Shown here: positions 12,181 through 24,933 of the stretch, in pieces
How the letters are laid out: each line of letters opens with the position of its first letter
Numbering within the stretch: position 1 is the stretch's first letter
From: Octopus sinensis
Taxonomy: Eukaryota
DNA: 64,000 nt
Assembly (NCBI RefSeq): GCF_006345805.1
Contig: NC_043018.1
Location: 9,610,001-9,674,000, forward strand
Direction of reading: 5' to 3'
The notes under the pieces: generated by a model
Databases searched by the model: none
What the model was told of the DNA's origin: nothing
The model's input: only the letters and a program-made list of their open reading frames with translations
Program-made: the position numbers and the translations under genes

Positions 12181-13892
12181 TGATAATAATAACAACAACA
12201 ACAATAATAATAATTTGTCTTGATATAAAAGATGGGCTACAGCAAATATTCTGCTCGATACCACAGATTTGCATGTCAGTTGTTTGATCTTAACCAGTTG
12301 AGCATGCCCCTTAGTGGTTGACGATATATATGTCTCTGATTACGAGCAGAAGTAGTAGGGGAGCATCATAGCCATGTGTTGAGAGGGATTCTTTGGGGTT
12401 TGAATAATTCACCTCTGGAAACATGGGTGCTTTGTTCATCATCCTTAAACAACCCTTATTCAGGGACCTTTTGAGTGGGATGGGCTACCCAACCAGAAGA
12501 AAATTCGAACTGGGCCTCACCTGCAAGGTCATGCGCTGTTAATCTTGATATGAGATCACCATATCGCGCACATATGGTTGTGATGCATGTGCCTGGTGTA
12601 CCCTTATCAGACGAGTAGTCATGATGGGTATACTGGGCTTCGTATATTTGTACCCCAGTGTCACTTTGATGGCATGCACTGCTCTCTCACTCAGTGATAA
12701 TAATAATAATCAGAACATAATGGTGGATGAAATGCTCTAAGCATTTTTGCCTGGCTTGCTTACAATTCTGCCAGCTTGAGGCTCTATGAGAAAATATAAT
12801 GATAATAATAATAATAGTGATTTCTGATTTTGACACAAGGCCAGCAGTGTTTGGAGGAGGTGGTAAGTTGATTACATTGACCCCAGTACATAACTGGTAC
12901 TTAATTTATTGACCCTGAAAGGATGAAAGGCAAAGTCAATCTCAGCAGGATTCGAACTCAGAACGTAAGGACAGATGAAATGCCATTAAGCATTTGGCCA
13001 AAGTGGTGAGCTGGCAGAATCGTTAGCATGCCGGGCGAAATGCTTAGCGATATTTCATCTGTCGCTACATTCTGAGTTCAAATTCAGCTGAGGTTGACTT
13101 TGTCTTTCAGCCTTTCGGGGTTGATAAATTAAGTACTAGTTAAGTACTGGGGTTGATGTGATCGCCTGTTCCCCACCCCTCAAAATCCATGCCTTGTGCC
13201 TTTTGTAGAAACAATTAAGCATTTGGCCTGGTATGCTAACAATTCTGCCAGCTTGCACCTAAATATTCTTTCTACTCTAGGCATAAAGCCTGAAATTTTG
13301 AAAGGGCATGGGGTGGGGCTACTTGATTACATTGACCCCCAGAAAGGATGACAGGCAAAGTTGACCTTGGTATGATTTGAATTCAGAACAAAATGATATA
13401 AACAAATATTTTTTTTTTCCATTGTTTTTTCCCCACTGAGCGTCATCTTGGTATTTCTTCTCTTGCATATTTTGCATTGTTTTCAAACAGTCCAACATAT
13501 TTAATCGCTGACATTATCTAGAACAACAGTAGCCAAATAGCTATTGTGATATCAGCAGCTGTTGTAAGAAGCTAGTTCTTAGTTCTTGGCAAGTTGACCC
13601 TGTGACTGATTGCCATGGCAGTAATTATAATAAAGCTAACGGATATTCATGTAAACATCATCTAGCATAAAATCAGAAGTGTGTATGTGTGTTGTGGATG
13701 GGTGGGTAGATGGTCAGATGTGTCTTTTTCGTATATTAGAGTGTTTGTGTCTATATTTTTGGAGTGATGTATTTGTGTACACATATTTGAGTGTACATGT
13801 GTGTGTGTATGTGTGTGTGTGCGTTGTTGTTGCATTTGTGTAGTTGAGTGTTCAGGTGGTGTATATTTTGATACAATTTTCAGCGATGTATC

Positions 13893-14565
13893 ATCATCGT
13901 TGTTTTATGTCCGCTTTACATGCTGGCATGGGTTGGACAGTTTGACTTAGGACTGGTGAGCTAGAAGGCTGCCTCGGGTTCCAATCTGATCTGGCAAAGT
14001 TTTTACAGCTGGATGCCCGTCTTAACACCAACCACTCTGAGAGTGTAGTGGGTGCTTTTATGTGCCACTGGCATGAAGGCCAGTCAGGCGGTTCTGGCAA
14101 CGGCCACGCTCAAAAAGTGTTTTTTACATGCTATCTGCACAGGAGCCAGTCCAGGGGCACTGGCAACGACCACGCACTAATGTTGTTTTTCACATGTCAC
14201 CGGCACAGGAGTCAGTCAGTGGCCCTGGCAACGATCACGCTCAGATGTGCTTTTAACGTTCCACTGGCACGAGTGCCAATTAAGTGGTACTGTCATCGGC
14301 CACGTCAGCGATTTTGATTTTGATTTCACTTGCCTCAATAGGTCTTTGCAAGCAAAGTTTATTGTCAAATGAGTGAGGGGTACTCATAAGTGGGCTGGTT
14401 ACACCCACTGGCATAGGCCATGGGTTATGGTCTTGCTAGGCTTGTCGGGTCTTCTCAAGCACAGCATATTTCCAAAGGTCTCGGTCATTAGTTATTGCCT
14501 TTGTAAGGCCTAATGTTCGGAGGTCATGCTTCACCACCTCATCCCAGGTCTTCCTGGGTCTACAG
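13893..14565 (-). mobile_element. RTE-type LINE 3' end with 3' UTR and GAT tail
   Basis: Minus translation PRKTWDEVVKHDLRTLGLTKAITNDRDLWKYAVLEKTRQA-stop. The UTR matches shorter copies near 18915, 44270, 46380, 48110, 49515, 54305 and 63845. Confidence 0.75.
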
Positions 14566-15278
14566 GTTACGTGTATGTATTTATATTTGAGTGTACATAA
14601 GTGTGTATATGTGCATGTGTGTCAGTGTTTGTGTGTGCATATTTAGAACTGAAGAAGAGGAAGGTTGAGGGAAATGCTGGAAAGAGGGAGAGAGAGAAGT
14701 GGGGGTTGTAGCTCAAGACATGGTGACAATGTGACAAAACAATGAGCAGACAATAACAATGCACAACCATGACCAAATGAAGTGATCAGCCAACATAACG
14801 ACATAAGGGGACCAACAAACGAGAGGCAAAACATATCATTACCTCGAGCATCTTCTGTTTCAGCGTCATAGTTGCATCCTCATCATCATCATCATCGTTT
14901 AACGTCTACTTTCCATGCTAGCTTGGGTTGGACGATTTGACTGAGGGCTGGCGAACCAGCATCCAGCATCCCCATCAAGCCCTCAGCCCCCCCTCTTATC
15001 AAACAGCCTCACCCAACACATTTCTTTCACCATTGCTCTCTCGGTCCTATTGCCATCTCCCTCTCTCTCCATCAAACACCATGTCTCACTCCCATACAGC
15101 ATTGTATAACTCTCACACAACTCCTATAAGACCTTTCCTAAATATGGGTGGTCAATCAAATTGATACACTCATCAATGTTATCCAGTGGTTGTCTTATGA
15201 GATGTGACATCGATCGTTGTTTGTTACTGAAAGAAAGCCGGTTCACACTACAAACATTCACATACTTCCCTTGTACAT

Positions 15279-15313
<35 letters not shown>

Positions 15314-15408
15314 TACATATACACACACACACACATACTCATAGAGTTGAAACGCTGCTTGATTTTTCTTTCCAGCGTTGAATATTCACCATCCCACTTC
15401 CATTGTGT

Positions 15409-15446
<38 letters not shown>

Positions 15447-16074
15447 ACACACAAACACACACACAAACACACAAACCTCCTTTTTACATACACACACACA
15501 TATACTCACACAGAGTTGAAACATTCCCACTACCATTTTGCCATCATCCCTTCCTTCCTCATTCATGTTGTGACGAAGAAAAACACAAGAGTAATATTAT
15601 AGTAAGAAGACCTAAAAAGAACAAAAACAAAAATAAATAAAGCAAAAGGCAAAAAATAAAATGGAGAACAAAGCAAAAACAACCTTTGACTGTGATATTG
15701 TTTTGGGCGTTTTTTTTTCTCTTTCAGCTAAAAAACCAAAAAATGACCGAATTGTTGATTAAAATGTTTCATCATGCCTGGGACAGTTTTGACAATCAAT
15801 TGAGAAGATAAACAATTAGTATTGCTTCGTTTGACGACTTGTCTCCATAGATAATGAATGTTGGGTGTATACGTATTTAGTGTGGAGAAACCAGTTTTTT
15901 TTTTATCATTGCTACTGATTGCTTTTATCAGTTATGTACGAGACCCACGGCAGTTATGGGTCGGAATGTTTCAACCAGGGTGGCGGGTGGTTGCCCATGA
16001 GTTTTATTACCATTGCACACCAACCACTGTGGTGGAATTTGATCTCTCTGAGATTTGCAGTTATTGGTTCCACC

Positions 16075-16545
16075 CACTTTTACTGACTCTGTCATCATCA
16101 TCATCAATCATCATCAATCACCATCATCATCATCAATCATCACCCATCATCATCATCATCATCCATCATCAATCATCATCATCATCATCAATCATCATCA
16201 ATCATCATCATCATCGTCATCATCATTGCCGCTATCGTTATCCTTGTGATCGTCATCATCTTCATCATTGATGTTATTGTTCTCCTCCTCTTCATTGTCA
16301 TCATCATCAAGATTATCGTCACCATCGTCGTCATTGCCATTATCACTGTCATCATTGTCATCATCATCATCATCGTTATGATCATTATCATTGTTATCAT
16401 CATCTTCATCATTGATGTCATTGTCCTCCTCCTCTTCATTGTCATCATCATCACCATTATTGTTACTATCATCATCATTGTCATCATTATCATCATTTTC
16501 GTAATTATCAGTTGTTGTCATTGTTGCCATCATCACCATCACCTC
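16075..16545. repeat. Degenerate ATC/GTC trinucleotide array with internal higher-order repeat
   Basis: Seen directly; the block CTTCATCATTGATGTTATTGTTCTCCTCCTCTTCATTGTC recurs. Confidence 0.9.
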
Positions 16546-17440
16546 TGTGAGGCCCAACGTTCGAAGGTGATGCTTCACCAGAAGTGCTTATATACATACA
16601 GACGCTGAATTGGGATCTTGGGGAGAGAATGCATCTCCTTAATTCAGACACTACAAATGATCACCATCATTGCCATTGTTGTCGTTATCATTGTCATCAT
16701 TATCATTATCACATATATACATACATATTCACATATATACACATACGTACACAGACATACTTACATACACATATACATACATACATACATACACATGCGT
16801 GCATACATACATACACACACAACACATATGTACTCACATACATACTCACATACACACACAAGCTTCTTTTCAGTTTCCATCTACCAAAACCACTTGCAAG
16901 GTTTTGGTCATCCCAACGGATATAATAGGGGACACTTGGCCCAAGATGCTGCCCTTGTGGCACTGAACCCAAGACCCCTTGCAACCTGAAATAGATTACA
17001 GAAATAACTTTATGTTGATGGTCCACCCAAATATTTAAATGACTAATGAATTCTGACCTTGACGATGGTAATCTTTAATCAACATTCATTAATAATTCAT
17101 CATTCAAAAATGTCCTTTTATCTGGAATGTGACATATTTCAAGAATTTTTGGTCAAATGTTATCTTCACATTTTTAAAAATTTGTTTTAGTTATTTGATG
17201 GTGGTCATACTGGAGCCCTACCTTTAAGTGTTTCAGTTGATTATATCAAATAGGTGCGGGTACAGCTGTATGGTTAACAAGCTTACTTCTTAACTAAGCG
17301 GTTTTGGGTTCAGTCCCATTGCATGGCACCTTGGGCAAATACCTTCTATTATGGCCTCAGGCCTTCTATTAGGCCTCCCCTTGTGAGTGGATTTAGTTGA
17401 TAAAAACTGAAAAACGGTGTCATTTGTGTGTGCGTGTGTG

Positions 17441-17473
<33 letters not shown>

Positions 17474-17480
17474 ATGTATA

Positions 17481-17884
17481 TACTCTTTTACTCTTTTACT
17501 TGTTTCAGTCATTTGACTGTGGCCATGCTGGAGCACCGCCTTTAGTCGAGCGAATCAACCCTGGGACTTATTCTTTGGAAGCCCAGTAATTATTCTATCG
17601 GTCTCTTGCCGAACTGCTAAGTGACGGGGACGTAAACACACCAGCATCGGTTGTCAAGCAATGCTAGGGGGACAAACACAGACACACAAACACACGCATA
17701 CATATATATATACATATATACGACAGGCTTCTTTCAGTTTCTGTCTACCAAATCCACTCACAAGGCATTGGTCGGTCCGGAGCTATAGCAGAAGACACTT
17801 GCCCAAGATGCCACGCAGTGAGACTGAACCCGGAACCATGTGGTTGGTTAGCAAGCTACTTACCACACAGCCACTCCTGCGCCT
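17481..17884 (-). mobile_element. SINE family A, full length
   Basis: Reverse-complement homology to 26804-27218. Confidence 0.85.
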
Positions 17885-17888
17885 GTAG

Positions 17889-18099
17889 TAGTTGAAAAAA
17901 ATGGTGTCAACAAGAAGGTGTGTAGTTGGACAGTTACATATCGCTTGAGGAAACATAACTAGATCTCATAATGCAGGGAAACAGTTGCATAATCAAGTAC
18001 CTGCACACCTGGGGAACTACGCTGCATCGAAGCAGTTGTAATGACTGAAAATAGATGTCCAACCATACTCCTTCTTGTTGACCGCAATTTTTTCAACTA
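17889..18099. mobile_element. Unclassified MITE with imperfect TIRs of about 44 bp
   Basis: TAGTTGAAAAAAATGGTGTCAACAAGAAGG mirrored at the right end. Confidence 0.65.
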
Positions 18100-18246
18100 T
18101 CTATCCGCACACGATAGCTGCCCAAACGCAAACCTGGAAGTACGTATAATACTACTACTACTGGACAGCAGAGGGTAAAGCTGAAATTGGATGAGCTTTA
18201 TACTGTACTCTACTACGTTCTTAATAGAATATACAATTACTATATA

Positions 18247-18553
18247 TCTTTATATATAAAATTGAAGTTGTGTGTGTGAGACTCTGTCTCCTCCGATTTA
18301 GAATCCTAACTACTCCCACATTTTGCGGTGCAGTTTAACCAAAAGCGGGTATCTTATAGTTGTCGTTCATATCGAGCCCTTCTGGGTATTAGTGTGCGTC
18401 TACGATGAGTCTATGATTTAAAAAAAAATTTACCATCATTTTTCCGCATTTTTAATGATTTTTGCTCGGGTTATATAAGGGAAGTAACTCTCTAAAAATG
18501 CTTACATAGTTACTTCCCTTACAAACTCGAGCAACGCTGGACGATACTGCTAG
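18247..18553 (+). mobile_element. Non-autonomous Helitron, family 1 (shorter copy)
   Basis: Same termini as 8534-8930, with an internal deletion. Confidence 0.85.
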
Positions 18554-18807
18554 TATATATATATATTATTTATATTAAGGGCATTACTATACATGGATGC
18601 CTCATGCTAGGAGGGACTCTTAATGTCAAAACTACCAAAATAAACACATTGTACTGAATACGAGGGAATGCAACTCTTGAAGTGAGCCTTTTAAAGACAG
18701 GATTCAGTTGCATATTTAAAGGGAATAATTAAAATATTTTTCCCTTATGAGGTTTTTCACGCTAACTACTTGATAAATTCTTATAAGATTTTATCCTATT
18801 TTAAAAT

Positions 18808-18849
<42 letters not shown>

Positions 18850-19369
18850 TTAAAAATAGGATAAAATCTTTATAAGAATTTATCAAGTAGTTAGCATATA
18901 TATATATATATATCATCATCATTTAATGTCCGTTTTTCATGCTAGCATGGGTTGGACGGTTCGACCGGGGTCTGGTAAGCCATGGAGGCTGTACCAGGCT
19001 CCAGTCTGGTTTGGCAGTGTTTCTACAGCTGGATGCCCTTCCTAACACCAACCACTCCACGAGTGTAGTGGGTGCTTTTTACATGTCACCGGCACAGGTG
19101 CCAGTGGAGGCTGGCAAACAGCCATGATCGGTTGGTGTTTTTACGTGTCACTGACACAGACGCCAGTCAGGGGGCGCTGGCATCTGCCATGTTTGGACGG
19201 TGCTTTTTACGTGTCACATTATTATCACCATCATCATTTAGCAGCTATTTTCCATGATGCGGTTTGACTGAAGCTGGGAAGCCGCACCAGGTTCCAATCT
19301 GTTTTGGCTTGGTTAGTATGGCTGGATGCCCTTCCTAATGCCAACCACTCCACAGAGTGTACTGGGTGT

Positions 19370-19705
19370 CTTTTATGTGCCACTGGCATGGGTGCCTTTT
19401 ATGTGTCATCAGCTCAGGTGCTTTCTATGTGTTGTCAGCATGAGTGCCTGTATGTGTCACTGGCACAGGTGCCTCTTATGTGTCACCAGTATGGCTGCCT
19501 TTTACATGTCACCAGCTCAGGTGCCTTCTGTGTGCCACCGGCACAAGTGCATTTTACATGTCACTGGCACGTGTGCCGCATACATATCACCAGCACAGGT
19601 GCCTTTCACGTGTCACTGGCATGAGTGTGTTCTATATGTCACTGGCACAGATGCTATTTATGTGTCACCAGCATGGGTGCCTTTACGTTCCACTGGCATG
19701 GGTGC
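19370..19705. repeat. Degenerate tandem array (about 24-bp units) derived from the RTE 3' UTR motif
   Basis: Iterated ATGTGTCACTGGCACAGGTGCCTTTT variants. Confidence 0.7.
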
Positions 19706-21215
19706 ATACACACACACACACATGTGTATGTGTATGTATGTATGTATGTGTGTGTGAGTATGTATGTTCAGGGATAAATTAGTGTGTCACTCACCCCCCA
19801 CTTGTCTCGATATTACATGGTAGTTATAAACAAGTTTCACCGTCATAGAAGTGAGGTTGTTTGCTTCCACCTGTCTGTGGGAAACATGTCTGACCATGGG
19901 GGAAACATTACCTTGTTTGGGAAAATAAAAAGGCAGGTGAGGGTTGGTGACAGGTAATTGCTTCTGGCTTGAGAAAATCTGCCTGGACAAATTCTGTCTG
20001 ACCCATGAAAGCATGGAAAAGTGAACTTTAAAAATGATGATGATGATGATGATGGTAGTGGTGTGGTGGTGATGATGATGATGATGGTAGTGGTGTGGTA
20101 GTGATGATGATGGTAGTGGTGGTGATGACGACAATGATGGTAGCAATGGTGATGATGATGATTGTGATGATATAAATCATTATTGCCATCATCATTTTAT
20201 ATCCACTTTCCAGGCAAACACCATTTTGATGGATTGTCTCAGACGAGGCTATTATTTTGAGATGTTGCCCTCTTAGACAGGTTGTAGGATCATGCCTCAG
20301 TCTCAGGCTTCCTTTTTGGCATGATATCCATAGCTGGACGCCCTTCCCATCACCAGTTACTTCACAGAGTTTACTGGGTGTAGTTCAGTGTGGCACCCAC
20401 ACTAGAGAGGTTGTCATATCTTTGACAAGGCCAAAGAACATTCTCAACCCTCTGCTGTCTCCATCCTGTCACCAGCCCCTTTACAAAGTGTATCAGGTAC
20501 AGTTTATTGTGGAACCAACCCTAGTGGTGTTGCCTTCCACCCTGTCAGACTAAAGGGCCCTCACTGCTTTATGCTGTTTGTTTGCTCAAAGCAACGTGAC
20601 TGACAGTGTAAATGGCAGGCAGTGGTGATAGGAGAACCTTGGATGTGTGAGTGACTGCGAAGGGGACATGTCTATGATTGTGGAGGCTGTGTTAAGGAGA
20701 AGGTGAAGGGAGGGAGGGGTGGAGAGAAGGAGGGAAGGAAGAAGAGGAAGAATTTTGATTGTTATTATAGAAAGGGCAATTGTAGTTGGAGGTCTTCAGT
20801 ACAGGTAGGGCTAGTGCTGTCCCTCTTTACGCAGGCAGCATGACTCGGTGAGGGGAGAGTGGCATTGTACAGTGGCTTGGAGAGATCCAGTTATCCAATG
20901 CTGGAATGGCAGTGAATGAGGGAGAGTCATATATATGAAAGGGGAAGAGAATGAGTGAAAGAAAGCTAGGGGAAAAGGAGAGGGTGGGAGTGAAAGGGGT
21001 GAGGGGGACAGAGAAAGAGAGAAAGATAGAGCAAATGAAAGGGAGAGTGAACAGGTGAGAGAGAGAAAGTGAAAGAGAGAGAAAGAGAGGTAAAGAGAAG
21101 GAGAGAGTGAGAGAGGGAGAGGGAGGGAGGTTATAAATGATTTCTGAAATAATGAATATTGTTTTTGAAATAATTCCATACTGAAGATTTATTTATTTAT
21201 TTATTTTAATTTCAG

Positions 21216-21263
21216 AATGAAGATGTCAAAGAATCATTATCTTTCGAACATTTGGTACTTGAA
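21216..21263 (+). CDS. Coding exon B (NEDVKESLSFEHLVLE)
   Basis: Acceptor ttttaatttcag, 48 nt open, phase 0/0, donor GAA|gtaagt. Confidence 0.8.
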
Positions 21264-21862
21264 GTAAGTTAATTAGCCATTTCTTAATTAACTATTTCAT
21301 ATCTTTATCATATAAGTGCAACTGCACCTTTCATCTAATTTCCTCTCTATCTCCAGCTTTTCCTTGATACCAGTCATCTTTCTTACTCCCCAGGACTATT
21401 TCACTTGATAACTATCAGTTGTTCTTATACTGTCCTCTCCACCCACATTTTACATTGATTACCTCACTCCCACTGAGCCACCAAATCATCTCTCTTTCTC
21501 CACCACCATACATTTCTCACTCTCCCCTCTCATCTTTCTCCTGTCTACTGTATTTTCATTACTATTCTGCTACTCTTCTCTCTTTTGCATCACTGCCCAC
21601 CTCTCGACTTTTATCCACTCCATGTCATCTCTCTATTTCCCTCTCGTCCTTCTCCTATCTAGTGTAGTTTCAATACTATTCTGCTGTTCTTCACTCCCAT
21701 CACTGGTTTCCCCTCAACCTTTATCCACTTCTCAACAAGTTTTTCATTCATTACATTCACCCCCTCACCCCTTCTCCATCTCTCACTCTACCATACCCTC
21801 TCATAACTGCTACCCACCCACACTTCTGGTTCTCTTACCCTCGTTCACTTCTACTCACTTCA

Positions 21863-22112
21863 TACATTGAGGGTCAGTCCAAACACTATACGTTGAGGGT
21901 CAATCAATCACCATACGTTGAGGGTCAATCAATCACCATACATTGAGGGTCAACCAATCACCATACGTTGAGGGTCAACCAATCACCATACGTTGAGGGT
22001 CAACCAATCACCATACGTTGAGGGTCAACCAATCACCATACGTTGAGGGTCAACCAATCACCATACGTTGAGGGTCAACCAATCACCATATGTTGAGGGT
22101 CAATCAATCGCC
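21863..22112. repeat. Minisatellite with a 25-bp unit, about 10 copies
   Basis: Unit CCATACGTTGAGGGTCAACCAATCA, near-identical copies with no spacers. Confidence 0.95.
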
Positions 22113-22598
22113 ATTATTCTTATCTTGTCCCAGCTGCAGCCCAAATCATCCTCATCCTCTTTTCTATAATGTGAGTAACGATGTATGATTGTTCCTCCAC
22201 AACAAAAAATCCTTTTCTGCTCTGGCCCCCTTTTTCATCTTTTACCTTTTAACTTTTACTTGTTTCAGTCATTAGACTGGCCATGCTGGGGCACCAACTT
22301 GAAGCTGTCTCTGATCACTTCTTGTTCTATGATACCAATCCCAAAAACCTTCCATCAAAATTTCATGTTAATTCATGTTCTGTACATCAGCCTAATAATC
22401 CTTTCCACTAAAGGCACAAGGCCTGAAATTTTGGGGGAGAGTACTAGTTGATTACATCAACCCTAGTGCTTCACTGGTACTTAATTTATTGACCCTAAAA
22501 GGATGAAAGGCAAAGTTGACCTTGGTGGAATTTGAACTCAGAACACGAAGACTGACAAAATACCACCAGTGTGCTAATGATTCTGCCAGCTCATCACC

Positions 22599-22642
<44 letters not shown>

Positions 22643-23397
22643 CCTTTCTGCTAAAGGCACAAGGCCTGAAATTTGTGAGGAGGGGACTAGTTGATTATAT
22701 CGACCCCCAGTGTTTCACTGGTACTTAATTTATCAACCCTGAAAAGATGAAAGGCATCGTTGACCTCTGCAGAATTTGAACCAATCTAAACATGACAAAG
22801 TTATTCCACTGAAATCTTCATGGTTTTCGAAATTGATTGAAATATAAGCAGTTTATTTCAATAGAAGTTGGATAATAAATGGTTTAAATGGAGATTTGGT
22901 TGATAAAATACATTACTTCCTTTTGGCACAGTTTCTATAGCTGTATACTCTTTCTGCCACTAAACCCTCTGCTCCGCAAAGGTTGTTTTTCCCTTCCACG
23001 TAGACCAAAGAGTTCTTCTCATCAATGTTGTTTCTGTGCATTCATTCACCAGTGACACCGTAGAGGGAATGGTTTGGTTCAATTTAATTAAAATATCTTA
23101 ATTAAAATTAAGAGTCAAAACTATTGAAAAGGTTGCAAGATGCAACAAAAATTTTAGGAGAATAAAATTAAGAAAAAAGTGGAAATTTTACCGATGAGTG
23201 TGTTATATTATAAGGCACAAAAAGAAAATGGCTCTCCCCAGACACAACAGAATATGCTTCAACACACGAACTCAAATAAAGAACCTTGCAAACCAAATCC
23301 AAAAATGAAACTTAATTAAAATGTTTATAGAATAAGTTTATTGATATTTCTGTTTGTGGTTTTTTTTTTAAAGTGATCTTACCATTTTTCTTCACAG

Positions 23398-23469
23398 GAC
23401 TATGCATTGCAAAAGCAGCGCTGTTTGGAAGAATCTCTTTATGTGTCGGATATTGAAAATATGCTTCAG
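23398..23469 (+). CDS. Coding exon C (DYALQKQRCLEESLYVSDIENMLQ)
   Basis: Acceptor tttttcttcacag, 72 nt open, phase 0/0, donor CAG|gtaagt. Confidence 0.85.
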
Positions 23470-23917
23470 GTAAGTTACTGCTCTCCTACTTTCAAATGAA
23501 GTATTTGTTGACAGAGATTGGAAACATGTGGTCCAAAATTTCATCTATATCAATGTTATATGAACACACATCTACAGATTCAATACTGGGACCCATCATC
23601 AGCTTTGTTTCCTGGGGTCACTGGTTGTTTTGGTTCTTACAGCACATGCCTTCATCGAGGCGACCCAACCTCAGTTGCTCTAGTTTGTGTCCAAGCAGCA
23701 TCTTACTGATCTTATCAATCATATGTAATCAACCAGAGCCATCCAAATGCTTTCTCAAATGCTACAACATTGTTTTTGATGGTTCTTCTTCTCATTCGTG
23801 TGATGCTCACCTTGTTTGAGGGTTGGGGCAGGAAGAGCATCCAACTGTAGAAAATCTGCCTCAACAAGTTTTGTCCGACATGTATGTATATAAAACTAAT
23901 TACATACACACATGTTA

Positions 23918-23984
<67 letters not shown>

Positions 23985-23988
<4 letters not shown>

Positions 23989-24380
23989 GTAAATAGATAG
24001 ATATGTATATTTAAGTAATTGTGTATTGAAAGATATATATGTAGACTTACTGGATATCACGAGACTTAAATGCCTAATATATGCTTAAGCAACTTTTTAA
24101 TGTATATTTGGCATTCTGCAAATGTGTAAGTTGAGAGCAAGATGTAGATATACTTTTATATATATATATATATATAATATATATATATATATGTAAATAG
24201 ATAGATATGTATATTTAAGTAATTGTGTATTGAAAGATATATATGTAGACTTACTGGATATCACGAGACTTAAATGCCTAAATATATGCTTAAGCAACTT
24301 TTTAATGTATATTTGGCATTCTGCAAATGTGTAAGTTGAGAGCAAGATGTAGATATACTTTTATATATATATATATATAT
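23985..24380. repeat. Tandem duplication of a unit of about 200 bp bounded by TA arrays
   Basis: GTAAATAGATAGATATG..GTAGATATACTTTT occurs twice with about one difference. Confidence 0.9.
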
Positions 24381-24524
24381 ATTCTGACACTAATTTATTT
24401 TCTCTGATCAGCTATTAAGAAGACATTTTAGATCCTTATTTTGTAACACAATATTTTATATATATAATATATATATATGGAAAGCGGACGCTAAACGATG
24501 ATGATCATTCATTCATGCATGCAT

Positions 24525-24559
<35 letters not shown>

Positions 24560-24841
24560 TATATACACACATACATACAAATGTATATATATATATACAC
24601 ACACACACACACATACATATATATAATATATATATTCATACATACATACAAATATATATATATATATATTTCTATATACATACATACATGCACACACAAA
24701 CAAACATACATATGTATGTACACCACATCTTATGGCACTGTCTCTGGGTTCTTGACATAAATGCTTGGTGGAGAAAAATTAAATTTAATTACTTGTGCAA
24801 TAAAAAAAATGTAAATCCCTAAAGTTTTTTTTGTATTTCAG

Positions 24842-24933
24842 AATGCATTAATTAGTAATAAAATGAGATATTTAACGATGAATGCTTTTGGTTGCAATGA
24901 GGAGAATATAAATATGTCTATACAATATAGTTT
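24842..24933 (+). CDS. Coding exon D (NALISNKMRYLTMNAFGCNEENINMSIQYS plus 2 nt)
   Basis: Acceptor ttttgtatttcag, 92 nt open, phase 0/2, donor TT|gtgagt; continues the frame of exons A-C. Confidence 0.75.

Noticed and set aside
21863-22112. CRISPR-like array
   Set aside because: Units are contiguous with no unique spacers, the context is eukaryotic, and there are no cas genes.
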